In this document: positions 1 through 10,614 of the stretch, in pieces
Layout: every line of letters begins with the position of its first letter
Position numbering within the stretch: position 1 is the stretch's first letter
Source: Calditrichaceae bacterium
GTDB taxonomy: Bacteria > Calditrichota > Calditrichia > Calditrichales > JBFXGD01
Direction: 5' to 3'
NCBI GenBank assembly: GCA_050178385.1
Contig: JBFXGD010000001.1
Span: 1 to 64,000 of the forward strand
DNA: 64,000 bases
Notes under the pieces: generated by a model
Database searches by the model: none
What the model was told of the DNA's origin: nothing
The model's input: the letters and a program-made list of their open reading frames with translations, nothing else
Made by a program: the position numbers and the translations under genes

Positions 1-2
1 CA

Positions 3-74
3 GAGATACAGATAGATATTGAAAATAAAATGCGAGATATATCCCTTAGCGATATTGTTGAGTCGAGTAGATAA
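3..74 (+). CDS. 3' end of an upstream gene (partial), possibly ending in an Rrf2-like HTH tail
   Basis: Open frame from the window edge, EIQIDIENKMRDISLSDIVESSR*. The ISLSDIV ending resembles the (I/V)TLADL end of Rrf2-type domains, but it is too short to be sure. Confidence 0.3.
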   Translation, partial: EIQIDIENKMRDISLSDIVESSR

Positions 75-141
75 TCATTGCCGTATAGGCATAAAAACAT
101 AAATTCAAATCATCCTATAATGTAAAAAGAAAGGTGTGATT

Positions 142-1674
142 ATGGAATTCTTGAAAGTTTTGGGAATCAAAGATAAAAACTTTGGTTCATCAACCGGCTT
201 AAAATGGAACGAAACCACGGATCAGGGTGAGCTAAAAATACATTCACCGGCAACGGGTGAATATATTGCCTCGGTTTATCAGTCGTCTGAAACAGATTAT
301 GATAAAATTGTAAAACAAGCCGAAGAATCATTTAAATACTGGCGGACAGTGCCGGCGCCGAAGCGGGGTGAGATTGTTCGTCAAATCGGTTTAAAGTTAA
401 GGGAATATAAGGAACCGCTTGGCACATTGGTTTCACTGGAAATGGGAAAGTCGCTTCAGGAAGGTCTCGGAGAAGTACAGGAAATGATTGATATATGCGA
501 TTTTGCGGTGGGGCAGTCACGCCAATTATACGGTTTTACCATGCAGTCTGAGCGTCCGAATCACAGAATGTATGATCAGTATCATCCACTGGGAATTGTG
601 GTCACCATTTCAGCGTTTAATTTTCCGGTTGCGGTATGGTCCTGGAATGCAATGATTGCCGCGGTTGCGGGCGATGTGAACATCTGGAAACCGGCATCAA
701 AAGTGCCTTTGACCGCCATAGCGTGCCAGAACATTATCCGTGATGTTCTAAAAGAGAATAATCTTCCCGAAGGTATTTTTAACCTGATTGTCGGAAAAGG
801 ATCAACGATCGGTGAAAAAATACTGAACGACAAACGCATCCCGCTTGTTTCTCTGACCGGGTCAACCTCAGTCGGTCGTCATGCCGCTCAGGTTATTTCA
901 AAAAGACTGGGCCGTTATATTCTGGAATTAGGAGGCAATAATGCCATCATCTTAACACCGGAAGCCGATTTAAAGATGGCCATGCCGGCCATAGTGTTCG
1001 GGGCTGTCGGAACTGCCGGCCAGCGCTGCACAAGCACCAGACGTCTTATTATTCATGAGTCGATCTATGATAAAGTCAGGGAATCATTGCTGAAAGCGTA
1101 TTCAGGATTGCGAATCGGCAACCCGCTGGATGCGGCTAATCATGTTGGACCGCTAATCGATAAAAGCGCAGTGGAGACAATGCAGAACGCGCTTGAAGAA
1201 GCCAAAAAAGCCGGTGGGAAAGTTATATTTGGCGGCGAAGTACTATCAGGCAGTGGATACGAATCCGGTTGTTATGTAAAACCCGCGATTGTCGAGGCGG
1301 AAAATCATTTTGAGATCGTTCAGGAAGAGACATTCGCGCCGATTCTCTATCTCATAAAATATAAAGGTGATGTAAATAATGCCATTGAACTTCAAAACGG
1401 TGTTGTTCAGGGACTCTCTTCAGCGATATTTACGAACAATATGCGGGAGGCGGAAACATTTTTATCTGCCTGGGGATCGGATTGCGGTATCGCCAATGTC
1501 AATATCGGTACATCCGGCGCTGAAATCGGTGGAGCGTTTGGCGGCGAAAAAGAAACCGGCGGGGGCCGTGAATCTGGTTCTGACGCATGGAAAGCCTATA
1601 TGCGCAGACAAACCAATACCATCAATTACGGTACTGAGCTACCATTAGCGCAAGGCATCAAATTCGATATCTAA
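142..1674 (+). CDS. Aldehyde dehydrogenase family 7 (antiquitin / piperideine-6-carboxylate dehydrogenase-like)
   Basis: ISAFNFP, LELGGNN (Glu), GQRCT (catalytic Cys), EETFAP and the ALDH7-typical [21 protein letters not shown] at 142 follows AAAGGTG; the ORF track starts at GTG 136. Confidence 0.9.
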   Translation: MEFLKVLGIKDKNFGSSTGLKWNETTDQGELKIHSPATGEYIASVYQSSETDYDKIVKQAEESFKYWRTVPAPKRGEIVRQIGLKLREYKEPLGTLVSLEMGKSLQEGLGEVQEMIDICDFAVGQSRQLYGFTMQSERPNHRMYDQYHPLGIVVTISAFNFPVAVWSWNAMIAAVAGDVNIWKPASKVPLTAIACQNIIRDVLKENNLPEGIFNLIVGKGSTIGEKILNDKRIPLVSLTGSTSVGRHAAQVISKRLGRYILELGGNNAIILTPEADLKMAMPAIVFGAVGTAGQRCTSTRRLIIHESIYDKVRESLLKAYSGLRIGNPLDAANHVGPLIDKSAVETMQNALEEAKKAGGKVIFGGEVLSGSGYESGCYVKPAIVEAENHFEIVQEETFAPILYLIKYKGDVNNAIELQNGVVQGLSSAIFTNNMREAETFLSAWGSDCGIANVNIGTSGAEIGGAFGGEKETGGGRESGSDAWKAYMRRQTNTINYGTELPLAQGIKFDI

Positions 1675-1699
1675 CCGGGAAAGAAAAATAAATTATCAC

Positions 1700-1734
1700 A
1701 ACGCCTCATGCCTAAGAGTATGAGGCGTTTTTTT
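1700..1734 (+). terminator. Rho-independent terminator
   Basis: AACGCCTCATGC-CTAAGA-GTATGAGGCGTT hairpin running into a T-tract, just after the ALDH stop. Confidence 0.85.
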
Positions 1735-1763
1735 ATGATTCATTAAACATTACCTTCTTGATA

Positions 1764-1792
1764 TTGTAAAATATTGAAGCAAAGATTATATT
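1764..1792 (+). promoter_or_regulatory. Putative sigma70-type promoter
   Basis: TTGTAA-N17-TATATT upstream of the ORF at 1828. Confidence 0.5.
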
Positions 1793-1827
1793 CTCCTTTT
1801 TTGAAATTATAAACACCATGGGGGAAA

Positions 1828-3150
1828 ATGAACACATCAGATGTCCTGAGTTACCGCAAAATAATCAGTTTTTGGCTACCGCTTGCGGCAACCTGGCTTA
1901 TGATGTCTGTGGAGGGACCATTTCTGGCGGCGGTGATTGCCAGGCTCAATGATCCAAAATTTAATCTGGCGGCTTATGGTGTCGCTTATTCTTTTGCTCT
2001 CATTATCGAGGCACCTGTTATCATGATGATGAGCGCGTCCACGGCGCTTGTAAAAGATCTTCAGTCCTTCAAAAAACTTAGAAACTTTACATTCTATCTC
2101 AGCGGGATTATCACATTGATTATGATAATAATCCTGATTCCCGATATATTTTATTACCTTACCATAGATCTAATAGTTCTACCGGAAAACATTGCCAGAA
2201 TAACCTATTACTCAACTCTGATTTTGCTCCCGTGGCCGGGGGCAATCGGGTACAGAAGATTTTATCAGGGGATTCTGATCCGTAATAAATTGACGAGACG
2301 CGTCGCCTACGGAACGATCGTCAGGTTGCTGGCCATGAGCATTACCGCGATGTTTTTGTATTATGGCAAAGCAATCCCGGGAGCTTATGTCGGCGCCGCA
2401 GCTCTTTCAGCAGGAGTAGTCCTGGAAGCGCTGGTGAGCCGCCTGATGGTTCACAATATCCTGAAAGAAATCATTTCAAAACCGGAGCCGAAAGATAAAC
2501 CGGTTCAATATCTGACCTATCAGTCAATTACTAGATTTTATTATCCGCTGGCCCTGACGTCAATTCTCGGATTGGGTGTCCATCCCATGGTGACATTTTT
2601 TGTCGGGCAGAGCCGGCATTCTATTGAATCCCTCGCCGTTTTGCCTGTGATCAACTCACTGGTTTTTATTTTCAGAAGTGTGGGGTTGTCTTATCAGGAA
2701 GCGGGTATCGCGCTAATGGACGGATCAGCGGAAACGTATCTGCGTGTTAGAAATTTCGCTGTCATTCTGTTCGCCGCGGTTATCACTTTGCTGGGAATTA
2801 TTGCGTATTCGCCACTGGCTGAAATATGGTACCGTCAGGTATCGGGATTATCCGGGGTATTAACGAGTTTTGCCATCTTACCGACACAAATATTAGCAAT
2901 TATGCCCGGGCTGACAGTGATATTATCATTCCAGCGCGCTATTCTTGTTTACACGGAGAAAACATCTCCCATCACCGGCGCGACGATGACAGAAGTTCTG
3001 GGTATAATCTGTGTTCTGTTTATATTGATCAATTTCTACGATTTTATTGGAGCGACTGCTGTAGCGGTTGCCCTTCTTACCGGCAGGCTGGGTGCAAATC
3101 TGGTTCTTATTAAACCTTTCCGGGAAATGAGTCGTAAGCGTTTTAAATAA
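1828..3150 (+). CDS. MOP-superfamily membrane transporter (ANKH/MATE-like)
   Basis: About 12 hydrophobic segments with two-fold internal symmetry (FWLPLA... / FYYPLA...). LAAYGVAYSF resembles the ANKH N-terminal LASYGLAYSL. Confidence 0.65.
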   Translation: MNTSDVLSYRKIISFWLPLAATWLMMSVEGPFLAAVIARLNDPKFNLAAYGVAYSFALIIEAPVIMMMSASTALVKDLQSFKKLRNFTFYLSGIITLIMIIILIPDIFYYLTIDLIVLPENIARITYYSTLILLPWPGAIGYRRFYQGILIRNKLTRRVAYGTIVRLLAMSITAMFLYYGKAIPGAYVGAAALSAGVVLEALVSRLMVHNILKEIISKPEPKDKPVQYLTYQSITRFYYPLALTSILGLGVHPMVTFFVGQSRHSIESLAVLPVINSLVFIFRSVGLSYQEAGIALMDGSAETYLRVRNFAVILFAAVITLLGIIAYSPLAEIWYRQVSGLSGVLTSFAILPTQILAIMPGLTVILSFQRAILVYTEKTSPITGATMTEVLGIICVLFILINFYDFIGATAVAVALLTGRLGANLVLIKPFREMSRKRFK

Positions 3151-3306
3151 CATCACCCTATAGGGGATTTATTTGATTGAAAATCAGCATTTATTCTCAC
3201 TCACCTATGCTTGTATCATTTCTCCCGATGTATTAAAAATAAAAATTCTGGAAAAACGGATATACTCTATTTATAATGTATTGTCATCTGACAGAGGCGA
3301 TATCGT

Positions 3307-3651
3307 ATGATGGAAGTGAATTACAAAACTTTAAAAAATGGTGTGGTTGTAATTAACGGACCGAAGCGATTAACATCTGATTCCGCGGCAGATTATAAAA
3401 AACTTCTGAACTCGCTTGTTGAAAAGGGCAATTTTAATATCGTCGTCGATCTCTCTGCAACAGAGTACATGGATTCACGAGGGCTTGGAGCCATAGTCTC
3501 AAAGATATCGGTACTCAGGTCAAATAACGGCGATATACGACTCGCCGGCGCTACTACACAGGTCAGGCAACTTCTCGAGATTACGCATCTGAATCAAATT
3601 CTGAAATCTTATCCGGATCTCCGGGCCGCGGTCAACAGTTTTAAGGAATAA
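3307..3651 (+). CDS. STAS-domain protein (anti-sigma factor antagonist, SpoIIAA/RsbV family)
   Basis: 114 aa; VVDLSATEYMDSRGLG retains the phosphoacceptor Ser after Asp. Confidence 0.85.
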   Translation: MMEVNYKTLKNGVVVINGPKRLTSDSAADYKKLLNSLVEKGNFNIVVDLSATEYMDSRGLGAIVSKISVLRSNNGDIRLAGATTQVRQLLEITHLNQILKSYPDLRAAVNSFKE

Positions 3652-3653
3652 TC

Positions 3654-5516
3654 ATGGCACCTATCGGCAGGCAAACTGATATGTCAGCGTTTCATACTCT
3701 CGAACCGGATTATAAGCGCCCCGTTTATGAGATTCCGCCGTATGTCGAAAAAAACATCAGGGAAAGATTAAATCTTCTTTATGGTTCGGATTGCGGTGAC
3801 AGATGTTATAAAGAAATAGCCCGAACGATGAAAGTATATTATGCCCACAAGACACCGGATATGATTGAATTTGAGAATAATTTTGATGAGGCAAACCGGG
3901 TAACAGAAAAAGACGCCATTTTGATTACATACGGGGACCTGATAAGCAGCACAAATGAGAAACCTCTGGAGACAATGGCTGAGCTATGCAAGACCTATCT
4001 GGAAGGCGCCTTTAATACGATACATATTCTGCCGTTTTTCCCATATTCATCCGACCGCGGATTTGCCGTGATGGATTTTGAAGAAGTAGATCCGAATTTA
4101 GGGACGTGGGATGATATTCTGGATTTAAAAACAGATTTTCGTCTGATGTTTGACGGCGTTCTTAATCATGTCTCGTCCAAAAGCCGCTGGTTTCAGGAAT
4201 TTTTGAATCAAAATCCGGATTATGAAAACTTTTTTACAGTTTTTTCCACCAAGGATGAACTTTCCCCGGATCATTTAAAAATAATTGTCCGGCCAAGAAC
4301 TTCGGACATTCTAACACCCTTTGACACATTAAACGGTAATCGACTGGTATGGACTACCTTTTCCACGGATCAGATTGATCTGAATTATAAAAATCCTAAA
4401 GTGCTGATTAAAATGATAGAAATTCTTCTAACATATGTGAGGAGAGGAGCGGATATTATCCGGCTCGATGCTGTGACATATCTTTGGGAGGAATTAGGAA
4501 CGAGCTGTGTTCATCTGGAACAGAATCACATCACAATTAAACTATTCAGAACGATTCTGGATGCCGTCGCGCCTCATGTAAGTCTTATTACAGAAACAAA
4601 TGTGCCTCATGAGGATAATATCAAATATTTTGGATCCGGAAACGACGAAGCACAAATGATATATAATTTCGCGCTTCCGCCGCTTGTTCTGTACACATTT
4701 CAGACGGGGAACGCCTCACGTCTTACTGAATGGGCAGCCGGTCTGGAAAATATATCGGACACGGCAACCTATTTTAACTTTCTGGATTCTCATGACGGAA
4801 TCGGAGTGATGGCGGTAAGGGACATCCTTTCCAAAGATGAACTTGAGATGATGGCGTTACGGATTCTGGAGCATGGCGGATATATCTCTTATAAAGATAA
4901 CGGGGATGGTACAACGAGTCCGTACGAATTTAATATTACATGGTTTAGCGCGATAAACAGGGAAGATGCGGAGGAGTCTGTCGATTTGCAGGTTAAACGT
5001 TATCTCGCTTCGAGATCAATCGCCCTTGTATTGCGAGGTGTCCCCGGAGTTTATCTGCACGGGCTTTTGGGGTCCAAAAATGACGCGGAGCTTGTAATTG
5101 AACAGCATGAGACACGCAGTATCAATCGTGAAAATATCAGTAAGGAAGAATTGATCAAGGCTCTTGAAAACCACGATTCCACAACATTTAAAATTTCCTA
5201 TAAACTTATCCGTCTGATCCGGAAGCGGGGTAATGAAAGGGTTTTTCATCCCAATGCGCCGCAGTGTGTGTTGAATCTTTCCGACAATCTGTTTTGTGTC
5301 TTACGCACATCACCGGACGGGGAAGAATGTTTACTCGCGATTACAAATATCACAAATACCTTACAATATCTGGAAATTGAACTTAATCGACTGGGTTTGA
5401 CAGCCAAAATATGTTTTGATTTAATCTCCCGCGTTGAATATCAGTCACACAAAGGTAAGCTGGGAATTCATATAGAACCGTATCAGGTGATCTGGATAAA
5501 GGGGAAAAAGGAATGA
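3654..5516 (+). CDS. GH13_18 sugar phosphorylase, glucosylglycerate phosphorylase (YcjM/GGaP)-like
   Basis: LITYGD, HILPFFPYSSDRGF, RLDAV (nucleophile), TETNVPH (acid/base), LDSHDGIG and PYEFNIT. The ETNVPH and PYExN loops match the GGaP clade rather than sucrose phosphorylase. Confidence 0.8.
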   Translation: MAPIGRQTDMSAFHTLEPDYKRPVYEIPPYVEKNIRERLNLLYGSDCGDRCYKEIARTMKVYYAHKTPDMIEFENNFDEANRVTEKDAILITYGDLISSTNEKPLETMAELCKTYLEGAFNTIHILPFFPYSSDRGFAVMDFEEVDPNLGTWDDILDLKTDFRLMFDGVLNHVSSKSRWFQEFLNQNPDYENFFTVFSTKDELSPDHLKIIVRPRTSDILTPFDTLNGNRLVWTTFSTDQIDLNYKNPKVLIKMIEILLTYVRRGADIIRLDAVTYLWEELGTSCVHLEQNHITIKLFRTILDAVAPHVSLITETNVPHEDNIKYFGSGNDEAQMIYNFALPPLVLYTFQTGNASRLTEWAAGLENISDTATYFNFLDSHDGIGVMAVRDILSKDELEMMALRILEHGGYISYKDNGDGTTSPYEFNITWFSAINREDAEESVDLQVKRYLASRSIALVLRGVPGVYLHGLLGSKNDAELVIEQHETRSINRENISKEELIKALENHDSTTFKISYKLIRLIRKRGNERVFHPNAPQCVLNLSDNLFCVLRTSPDGEECLLAITNITNTLQYLEIELNRLGLTAKICFDLISRVEYQSHKGKLGIHIEPYQVIWIKGKKE

Positions 5517-5836
5517 TAAATTAATCAAAACTTTACAAATTCAGGTATAAATTTGGCCATAAAGCAAATATATTTTATCCCCGCTGGTTAAATACTAATA
5601 ATTTTTGAATTATAAATTCAAAGCAAAAATATCCGTTGACCCTCATTAAAATAAATAATAAATATATTTTAGCGCAAACTGATCGGACTATCCGGTAAAA
5701 GTCGATAAAATATTGATAATAAATAAGATACGATGATAAAAGTATAATTATTTACTCTTTTGCATATATAAAATATGAGTTCATAAAACAATTAAAAACA
5801 AGAGCTTAAATAGACAAAAAAAACCGATTATTCGTA

Positions 5837-5865
5837 TTGCATTTACAAATTGGTCATGCTATATT
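5837..5865 (+). promoter_or_regulatory. Putative sigma70-type promoter with extended -10
   Basis: TTGCAT-N17-TATATT with TGn before the -10, upstream of 5991 (SD AGGAGG). Confidence 0.55.
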
Positions 5866-5990
5866 TTATTTCGTTTATTCTTAATGGTTTATAAGCAGAT
5901 TGATGATGTCAGGATTTTTCGGGATATAGGCTACATAATTATTATAAGAAAATAATTTTCAGAAATAATTCAAAAAGCGAGGAGGTTCTG

Positions 5991-7304
5991 ATGGAGCGCA
6001 CAAAAATCATTATTATGGGCGCAGCCGGACGTGATTTTCACAATTTCAATACTTTTTTCAGAGATAATGAAATGTATAATGTGGTTGCCTTTACTGCTAC
6101 CCAAATACCGAATATCGACGATCGTAAATATCCGGCCCAACTGGCGGGTTCATTATATCCGGAAGGGATCAAAATTTATCCTGAGTCCGAACTCGTTAAT
6201 CTAATCAAAGAATTTGATGTGGATGAGGTAGTCTTTTCATACAGTGATGTTCCGTATGATTACCTGATGAGTCGTTCCGCGGTCGTTAATGCAGCCGGGG
6301 CCGATTTTAAACTGATGGGGCCGAAGCATACTCAGATTAAAAGCACTAAACCGGTTGTTTCGGTCTGCGCGGTTCGCACAGGCTGCGGAAAAAGTCAGAC
6401 AACCCGCAAAGTCGCTGAGATATTTCAGAAAGCCGGTAAAAAAGTTGTCGCTATCCGTCATCCGATGCCGTATGGCAATTTAATCGAACAAAAAGTACAG
6501 CGGTTTGCACAGCTTTCCGATCTCGATAAACATAAATGTACGATTGAAGAGAGAGAAGAGTACGAACCGCATATCGTTGCAGGCACCATCATTTACGCCG
6601 GTGTGGATTATGAAGCGATCCTTCGCGAGGCCGAAAAAGAAGCGGATATTATTCTTTGGGACGGCGGGAACAATGATCTTTCATTTTACAAATCGGATCT
6701 GTTGATAACTGTTGTGGATCCGCATCGTCCCGGTGATGAATTGTACTATTATCCCGGTGAGGCGAATTTACGCGCGGCGGATGTTGTAGTGATCAACAAA
6801 ATAGATTCGGCGGATTCAGAAAATATTCTGGAAGTCCGGCAAAATATTCAGGAAGTAAATCCGGATGCGATGATCATCGACGGTGCTTCCCCGATCTTCG
6901 TTCAGAATTATGAGCAAATAAAAGGAAAGCGTGTGCTTGTTGTTGAAGATGGTCCAACATTGACTCATGGTGAAATGACTTACGGCGCCGGTGTTGTCGC
7001 GGCCGAAAAATTTGGCGCATCCGAGCTTGTAGATCCTCGTCCTTACACCGTCGGCACGATTACCGAAACGTTTGAAAAATATCCGGAGATCGGTGAACTT
7101 CTTCCAGCAATGGGATACGGTGATCAACAGATAAAAGATCTGGAAGATACAATTAACAACACGGATTGTGATCTCGTCATTATTGGTACGCCGATAGATT
7201 TGCGTAAACTGGTGAAAATAAATAAACCGGCTTTACGAGTTACTTATGAACTGCAGGAAATCGGGAAACCTGATTTACACGACGCCTTACAAAAATTACT
7301 CTAG
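5991..7304 (+). CDS. arcE: P-loop NTPase of the COG2403/cDPGS-related family; probable arginine synthetase (ArcE)
   Basis: MGAAGRDFHNFN, AFTATQIP, P-loop AVRTGCGKSQT, RHPMPYG, TIEEREEYEPH, WDGGNND, EDGPTLTHG and LPAMGY; lies immediately upstream of carbamate kinase. Confidence 0.75.
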   Translation: MERTKIIIMGAAGRDFHNFNTFFRDNEMYNVVAFTATQIPNIDDRKYPAQLAGSLYPEGIKIYPESELVNLIKEFDVDEVVFSYSDVPYDYLMSRSAVVNAAGADFKLMGPKHTQIKSTKPVVSVCAVRTGCGKSQTTRKVAEIFQKAGKKVVAIRHPMPYGNLIEQKVQRFAQLSDLDKHKCTIEEREEYEPHIVAGTIIYAGVDYEAILREAEKEADIILWDGGNNDLSFYKSDLLITVVDPHRPGDELYYYPGEANLRAADVVVINKIDSADSENILEVRQNIQEVNPDAMIIDGASPIFVQNYEQIKGKRVLVVEDGPTLTHGEMTYGAGVVAAEKFGASELVDPRPYTVGTITETFEKYPEIGELLPAMGYGDQQIKDLEDTINNTDCDLVIIGTPIDLRKLVKINKPALRVTYELQEIGKPDLHDALQKLL

Positions 7305-7381
7305 TATCCGGATTTTTGATTATATAAAACTCGAGTTCCTGCCTGATTATGGTGGGAACTCTTTTATTTTTTGGAGAACGA

Positions 7382-8329
7382 ATGGAAAAGAAAACTGTTG
7401 TAGTCGCTCTTGGGGGTAATGCTATCTCTCGTGAATTTGAGGAGGGGAATATCACACAGCAATTTGAAAACACGAGAAGAAGCCTTGTGAGTGTTATCGA
7501 GTTTATAAAGCAGGGTTATAATGTTATCATTACACACGGAAACGGCCCGCAGGTTGGAAACGCATTGATTCGTGTTGAGGAAACGCGTCACCTGGTTCCG
7601 CCGCTTCCTTTGGGCGTTATCGTCGCGGATCTGGAAGGTGGTATGGGCTACATGATTGAGCAGTGTTTAATGAACAAATTGCATGATCACGGGGTTAATC
7701 GAAAAGTCACAACGATCCTTACACAGGTTATCGTGGATAAAGATGATCCATCTATTCTTGATCCTACAAAGTTTGTCGGACCGTTCTACAAAGAAGAGCA
7801 AGTAGCGAATCTTGAAAAAGAACGGGGCTGGACCGTAAAAGAGGATAAGGGCAGGGGATATCGCCGGGTAGTTGCCTCGCCGGTGCCGAAAGGGATTGTT
7901 GAAAAAGATATCATTAAAATGATGGTCGATCAGGGGATCATTGTTATCGCCGCGGGTGGTGGTGGTATTCCGGTGTATTATGACGAAAGGGGCTGGCTGG
8001 AAGGAGTTGACGGGGTAATTGATAAGGATTTGGCTTCCGCGGTTCTCGCGGCCGAAATCGGCGCCGAAAAACTGGTGATATTAACCGGTGTTGACCGTGT
8101 GGCGATAAAATTCGGAACTCCCGAACAAAAAGATCTCTCTGAACTCACTATAAGTGACGCAAAAAAATATCTTGCAGCAGGAGAATTTCCAAAAGGGAGC
8201 ATGGGGCCAAAAATAAAAGCAGCGGTTGATTTTATAGAACAAGGCGGCTCGGAAGTGTTGATTACGTCAATTGAAAAGGTAAGCGATGCTCTGAAAGGCA
8301 TGTCCGGAACAAGGATTAAAGGGGATTGA
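7382..8329 (+). CDS. arcC: Carbamate kinase
   Basis: VALGGNA, THGNGPQVG, PTKFVGP, GGGGIPV, VIDKDLAS and GSMGPK; ATG 7382 follows GGAG. Confidence 0.95.
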   Translation: MEKKTVVVALGGNAISREFEEGNITQQFENTRRSLVSVIEFIKQGYNVIITHGNGPQVGNALIRVEETRHLVPPLPLGVIVADLEGGMGYMIEQCLMNKLHDHGVNRKVTTILTQVIVDKDDPSILDPTKFVGPFYKEEQVANLEKERGWTVKEDKGRGYRRVVASPVPKGIVEKDIIKMMVDQGIIVIAAGGGGIPVYYDERGWLEGVDGVIDKDLASAVLAAEIGAEKLVILTGVDRVAIKFGTPEQKDLSELTISDAKKYLAAGEFPKGSMGPKIKAAVDFIEQGGSEVLITSIEKVSDALKGMSGTRIKGD

Positions 8330-8393
8330 TTGTTTAAATGGATTTCGGCCTGAAAAATTGATCTCCCGAGAACTATTAGGTGTGTGTTTTTGT

Positions 8394-8422
8394 TTTACAT
8401 ATACAAGATAAATCCTTATATT
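8394..8422 (+). promoter_or_regulatory. Putative sigma70-type promoter for sucC
   Basis: TTTACA-N17-TATATT. Confidence 0.5.
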
Positions 8423-8497
8423 TGAAAATCGACAATAATTGAACACACGGACCAAGATCAGTTAATTTTTCATAAATAAAATTTTAGGAGTTTTAGG

Positions 8498-9661
8498 ATG
8501 AAAATTCATGAATATCAGGCCAAGGAGATCTTAAGAAAGTATAATGTGCCTGTACCAGAGGGATATGTCGCTTTTTCTCCGGATGAAGCTGTCCAGTCGG
8601 CTAAAAAGCTTGGTACGAAGGTCGTTGTTGTAAAAGCGCAGATTCATGCCGGCGGCCGTGGAAAAGGCGGTGGTGTAAAAATAGCAAAAAGCACCGATGA
8701 AGTGCGTGAACTTTCGAAGCAAATACTGGGTATGAACCTGGTCACGCACCAAACCGGTCCTGAAGGCAAAGAAGTCAAGAAATTGTTGATTGAGCAGGGA
8801 ATGGACATTGCCCGGGAACTTTATCTTGGAATGGTCCTTGACAGGGCAACTTCCCGTTTCGTCATGATGGCGAGTACAGAAGGTGGAGTGGAAATCGAAA
8901 AAGTAGCCGCTGAAACTCCGGAAAAAATTTTGAAGGAATGGATTGATCCCCGTGTAGGGTTACAACCTTTTCAGGCCAGAAAACTGGCATTTGGACTCGG
9001 GTTGGAAGGAAAACAGGTGGGGAACGCCGTAAAATTTATGTTATCGCTTTATAACGCGTTCAAATCAAATGACTGTTCATTGGCAGAAATTAATCCTCTG
9101 GTCATCACCGGTGAAGGGGATGTTATCGCGCTGGACGCGAAGATAAATTTTGATGACAGCGCGATGTATCGCCATAAAGACTTACTGGATTTAAGAGATC
9201 TTGATGAGGAAGAGCCGCTGGAAGTGGAAGCTTCAAAGTATGATCTAAACTATATAAAACTGGATGGCAATGTCGGTTGTATGGTTAATGGCGCGGGACT
9301 GGCCATGGCAACAATGGATATTATTAAATTAGCCGGCGGTGAACCTGCAAACTTTTTGGATGTGGGCGGTAGCGCGAATGTGGACACTGTCCGGAACGGT
9401 TTTAAGATCATATTAAGCGATAAAAATGTCAAAGCGATCCTGATCAATATCTTTGGTGGAATTGTACGTTGTGATCGTGTCGCGCAGGGGGTAATTGAAG
9501 CGGTTAAATCAATTGATGTAAGTGTTCCTGTTGTCGTTCGTCTTGAAGGCACAAACGCCAAAGAAGCGGGTGTGATGCTGGATAATTCAGGTCTTGATTT
9601 TGTAGTTGCAAAATCTATTCAGGATGCCGCGGAAAAAGTGGTCAATCAGATAAAAAATTAA
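8498..9661 (+). CDS. sucC: Succinyl-CoA synthetase beta subunit
   Basis: [49 protein letters not shown]. Confidence 0.97.
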   Translation: MKIHEYQAKEILRKYNVPVPEGYVAFSPDEAVQSAKKLGTKVVVVKAQIHAGGRGKGGGVKIAKSTDEVRELSKQILGMNLVTHQTGPEGKEVKKLLIEQGMDIARELYLGMVLDRATSRFVMMASTEGGVEIEKVAAETPEKILKEWIDPRVGLQPFQARKLAFGLGLEGKQVGNAVKFMLSLYNAFKSNDCSLAEINPLVITGEGDVIALDAKINFDDSAMYRHKDLLDLRDLDEEEPLEVEASKYDLNYIKLDGNVGCMVNGAGLAMATMDIIKLAGGEPANFLDVGGSANVDTVRNGFKIILSDKNVKAILINIFGGIVRCDRVAQGVIEAVKSIDVSVPVVVRLEGTNAKEAGVMLDNSGLDFVVAKSIQDAAEKVVNQIKN

Positions 9662-9706
9662 ATCGGATTTGGATTTTATCCACTTTAGAGATAAGGGAGT
9701 TTAAGA

Positions 9707-10585
9707 ATGAGTATCTTATTAAATAAAAATACAAAAGTACTTGTCCAGGGGATCACAGGTTCCGAGGGATCATTTCATACAACACAGATGCTGGAATACA
9801 ATACCAAGGTGGTCGCCGGGGTAACGCCGGGAAAAGGCGGACAGAAATTTATGGATACAGTGCCTATTTTCAATACGGTGGCAGAGGCGGTAAAAAAGAC
9901 CGGCGCCAATGCATCGGTAATTTTTGTGCCGCCGGCATTCGCGAAAGATGCTATCATGGAAGCCGCAGACGCCGGAATGGGACTGATCGTGTGTATCACC
10001 GAAGGTATTCCGGCAATGGATATGGTAGATGTTTATGAATATATCAGTGATAAAAATACACATTTGGTCGGACCGAACTGTCCTGGAGTGATTTCACCGG
10101 GAATCGGAAAAATGGGAATTATGCCCGGTTTTATTCACAAACAGGGTCATGTGGGTGTCATCAGCCGCTCCGGTACGCTAACCTATGAAGCTGTAGGCCA
10201 GTTAACCGGACTCGGAATCGGTCAGTCGACCTGTATCGGTATCGGAGGCGATCCTGTCATCGGAACCCGTTTTATCGACGCGCTTAAGTTGTTTAAAGAT
10301 GATGATGACACAAAAGCGGTTGTACTCATTGGTGAAATCGGCGGTACCGCTGAAGAAGAAGCCGCAGCCTGGATTAAGGCGAATTTTAATAAGCCTGTCG
10401 TCAGCTTTATCGCCGGCCAGACAGCGCCTCCGGGAAGAAGAATGGGTCATGCGGGCGCTATCATCAGTGGCGGACAGGGAACAGCGGCTGACAAAATGAA
10501 AGCGCTTGAAGCAGCAGGTATTCATGTTTGCAAAAGTCCGGCTGAAATTGGCTTAACTATGCAAAAAGTATTGGCAAAAAAATAA
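9707..10585 (+). CDS. sucD: Succinyl-CoA synthetase alpha subunit
   Basis: [28 protein letters not shown] (phospho-His). Confidence 0.97.
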   Translation: MSILLNKNTKVLVQGITGSEGSFHTTQMLEYNTKVVAGVTPGKGGQKFMDTVPIFNTVAEAVKKTGANASVIFVPPAFAKDAIMEAADAGMGLIVCITEGIPAMDMVDVYEYISDKNTHLVGPNCPGVISPGIGKMGIMPGFIHKQGHVGVISRSGTLTYEAVGQLTGLGIGQSTCIGIGGDPVIGTRFIDALKLFKDDDDTKAVVLIGEIGGTAEEEAAAWIKANFNKPVVSFIAGQTAPPGRRMGHAGAIISGGQGTAADKMKALEAAGIHVCKSPAEIGLTMQKVLAKK

Positions 10586-10614
10586 TCAGATAGATGAAAA
10601 GAACAGGAGTCAGA

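Noticed and set aside
3654..5516. Annotation as sucrose phosphorylase
   Set aside because: The acceptor loops are ETNVPH and PYEFN (GGaP-type), not the sucrose phosphorylase E(I/V)H and YQ(I/V)N pattern.
5991..7304. Annotation as cyclic 2,3-diphosphoglycerate synthetase or a generic GTPase
   Set aside because: No 2-phosphoglycerate kinase is nearby, while the adjacent carbamate kinase and the GAAGRDFHNFN N-terminus fit the ArcE branch better.
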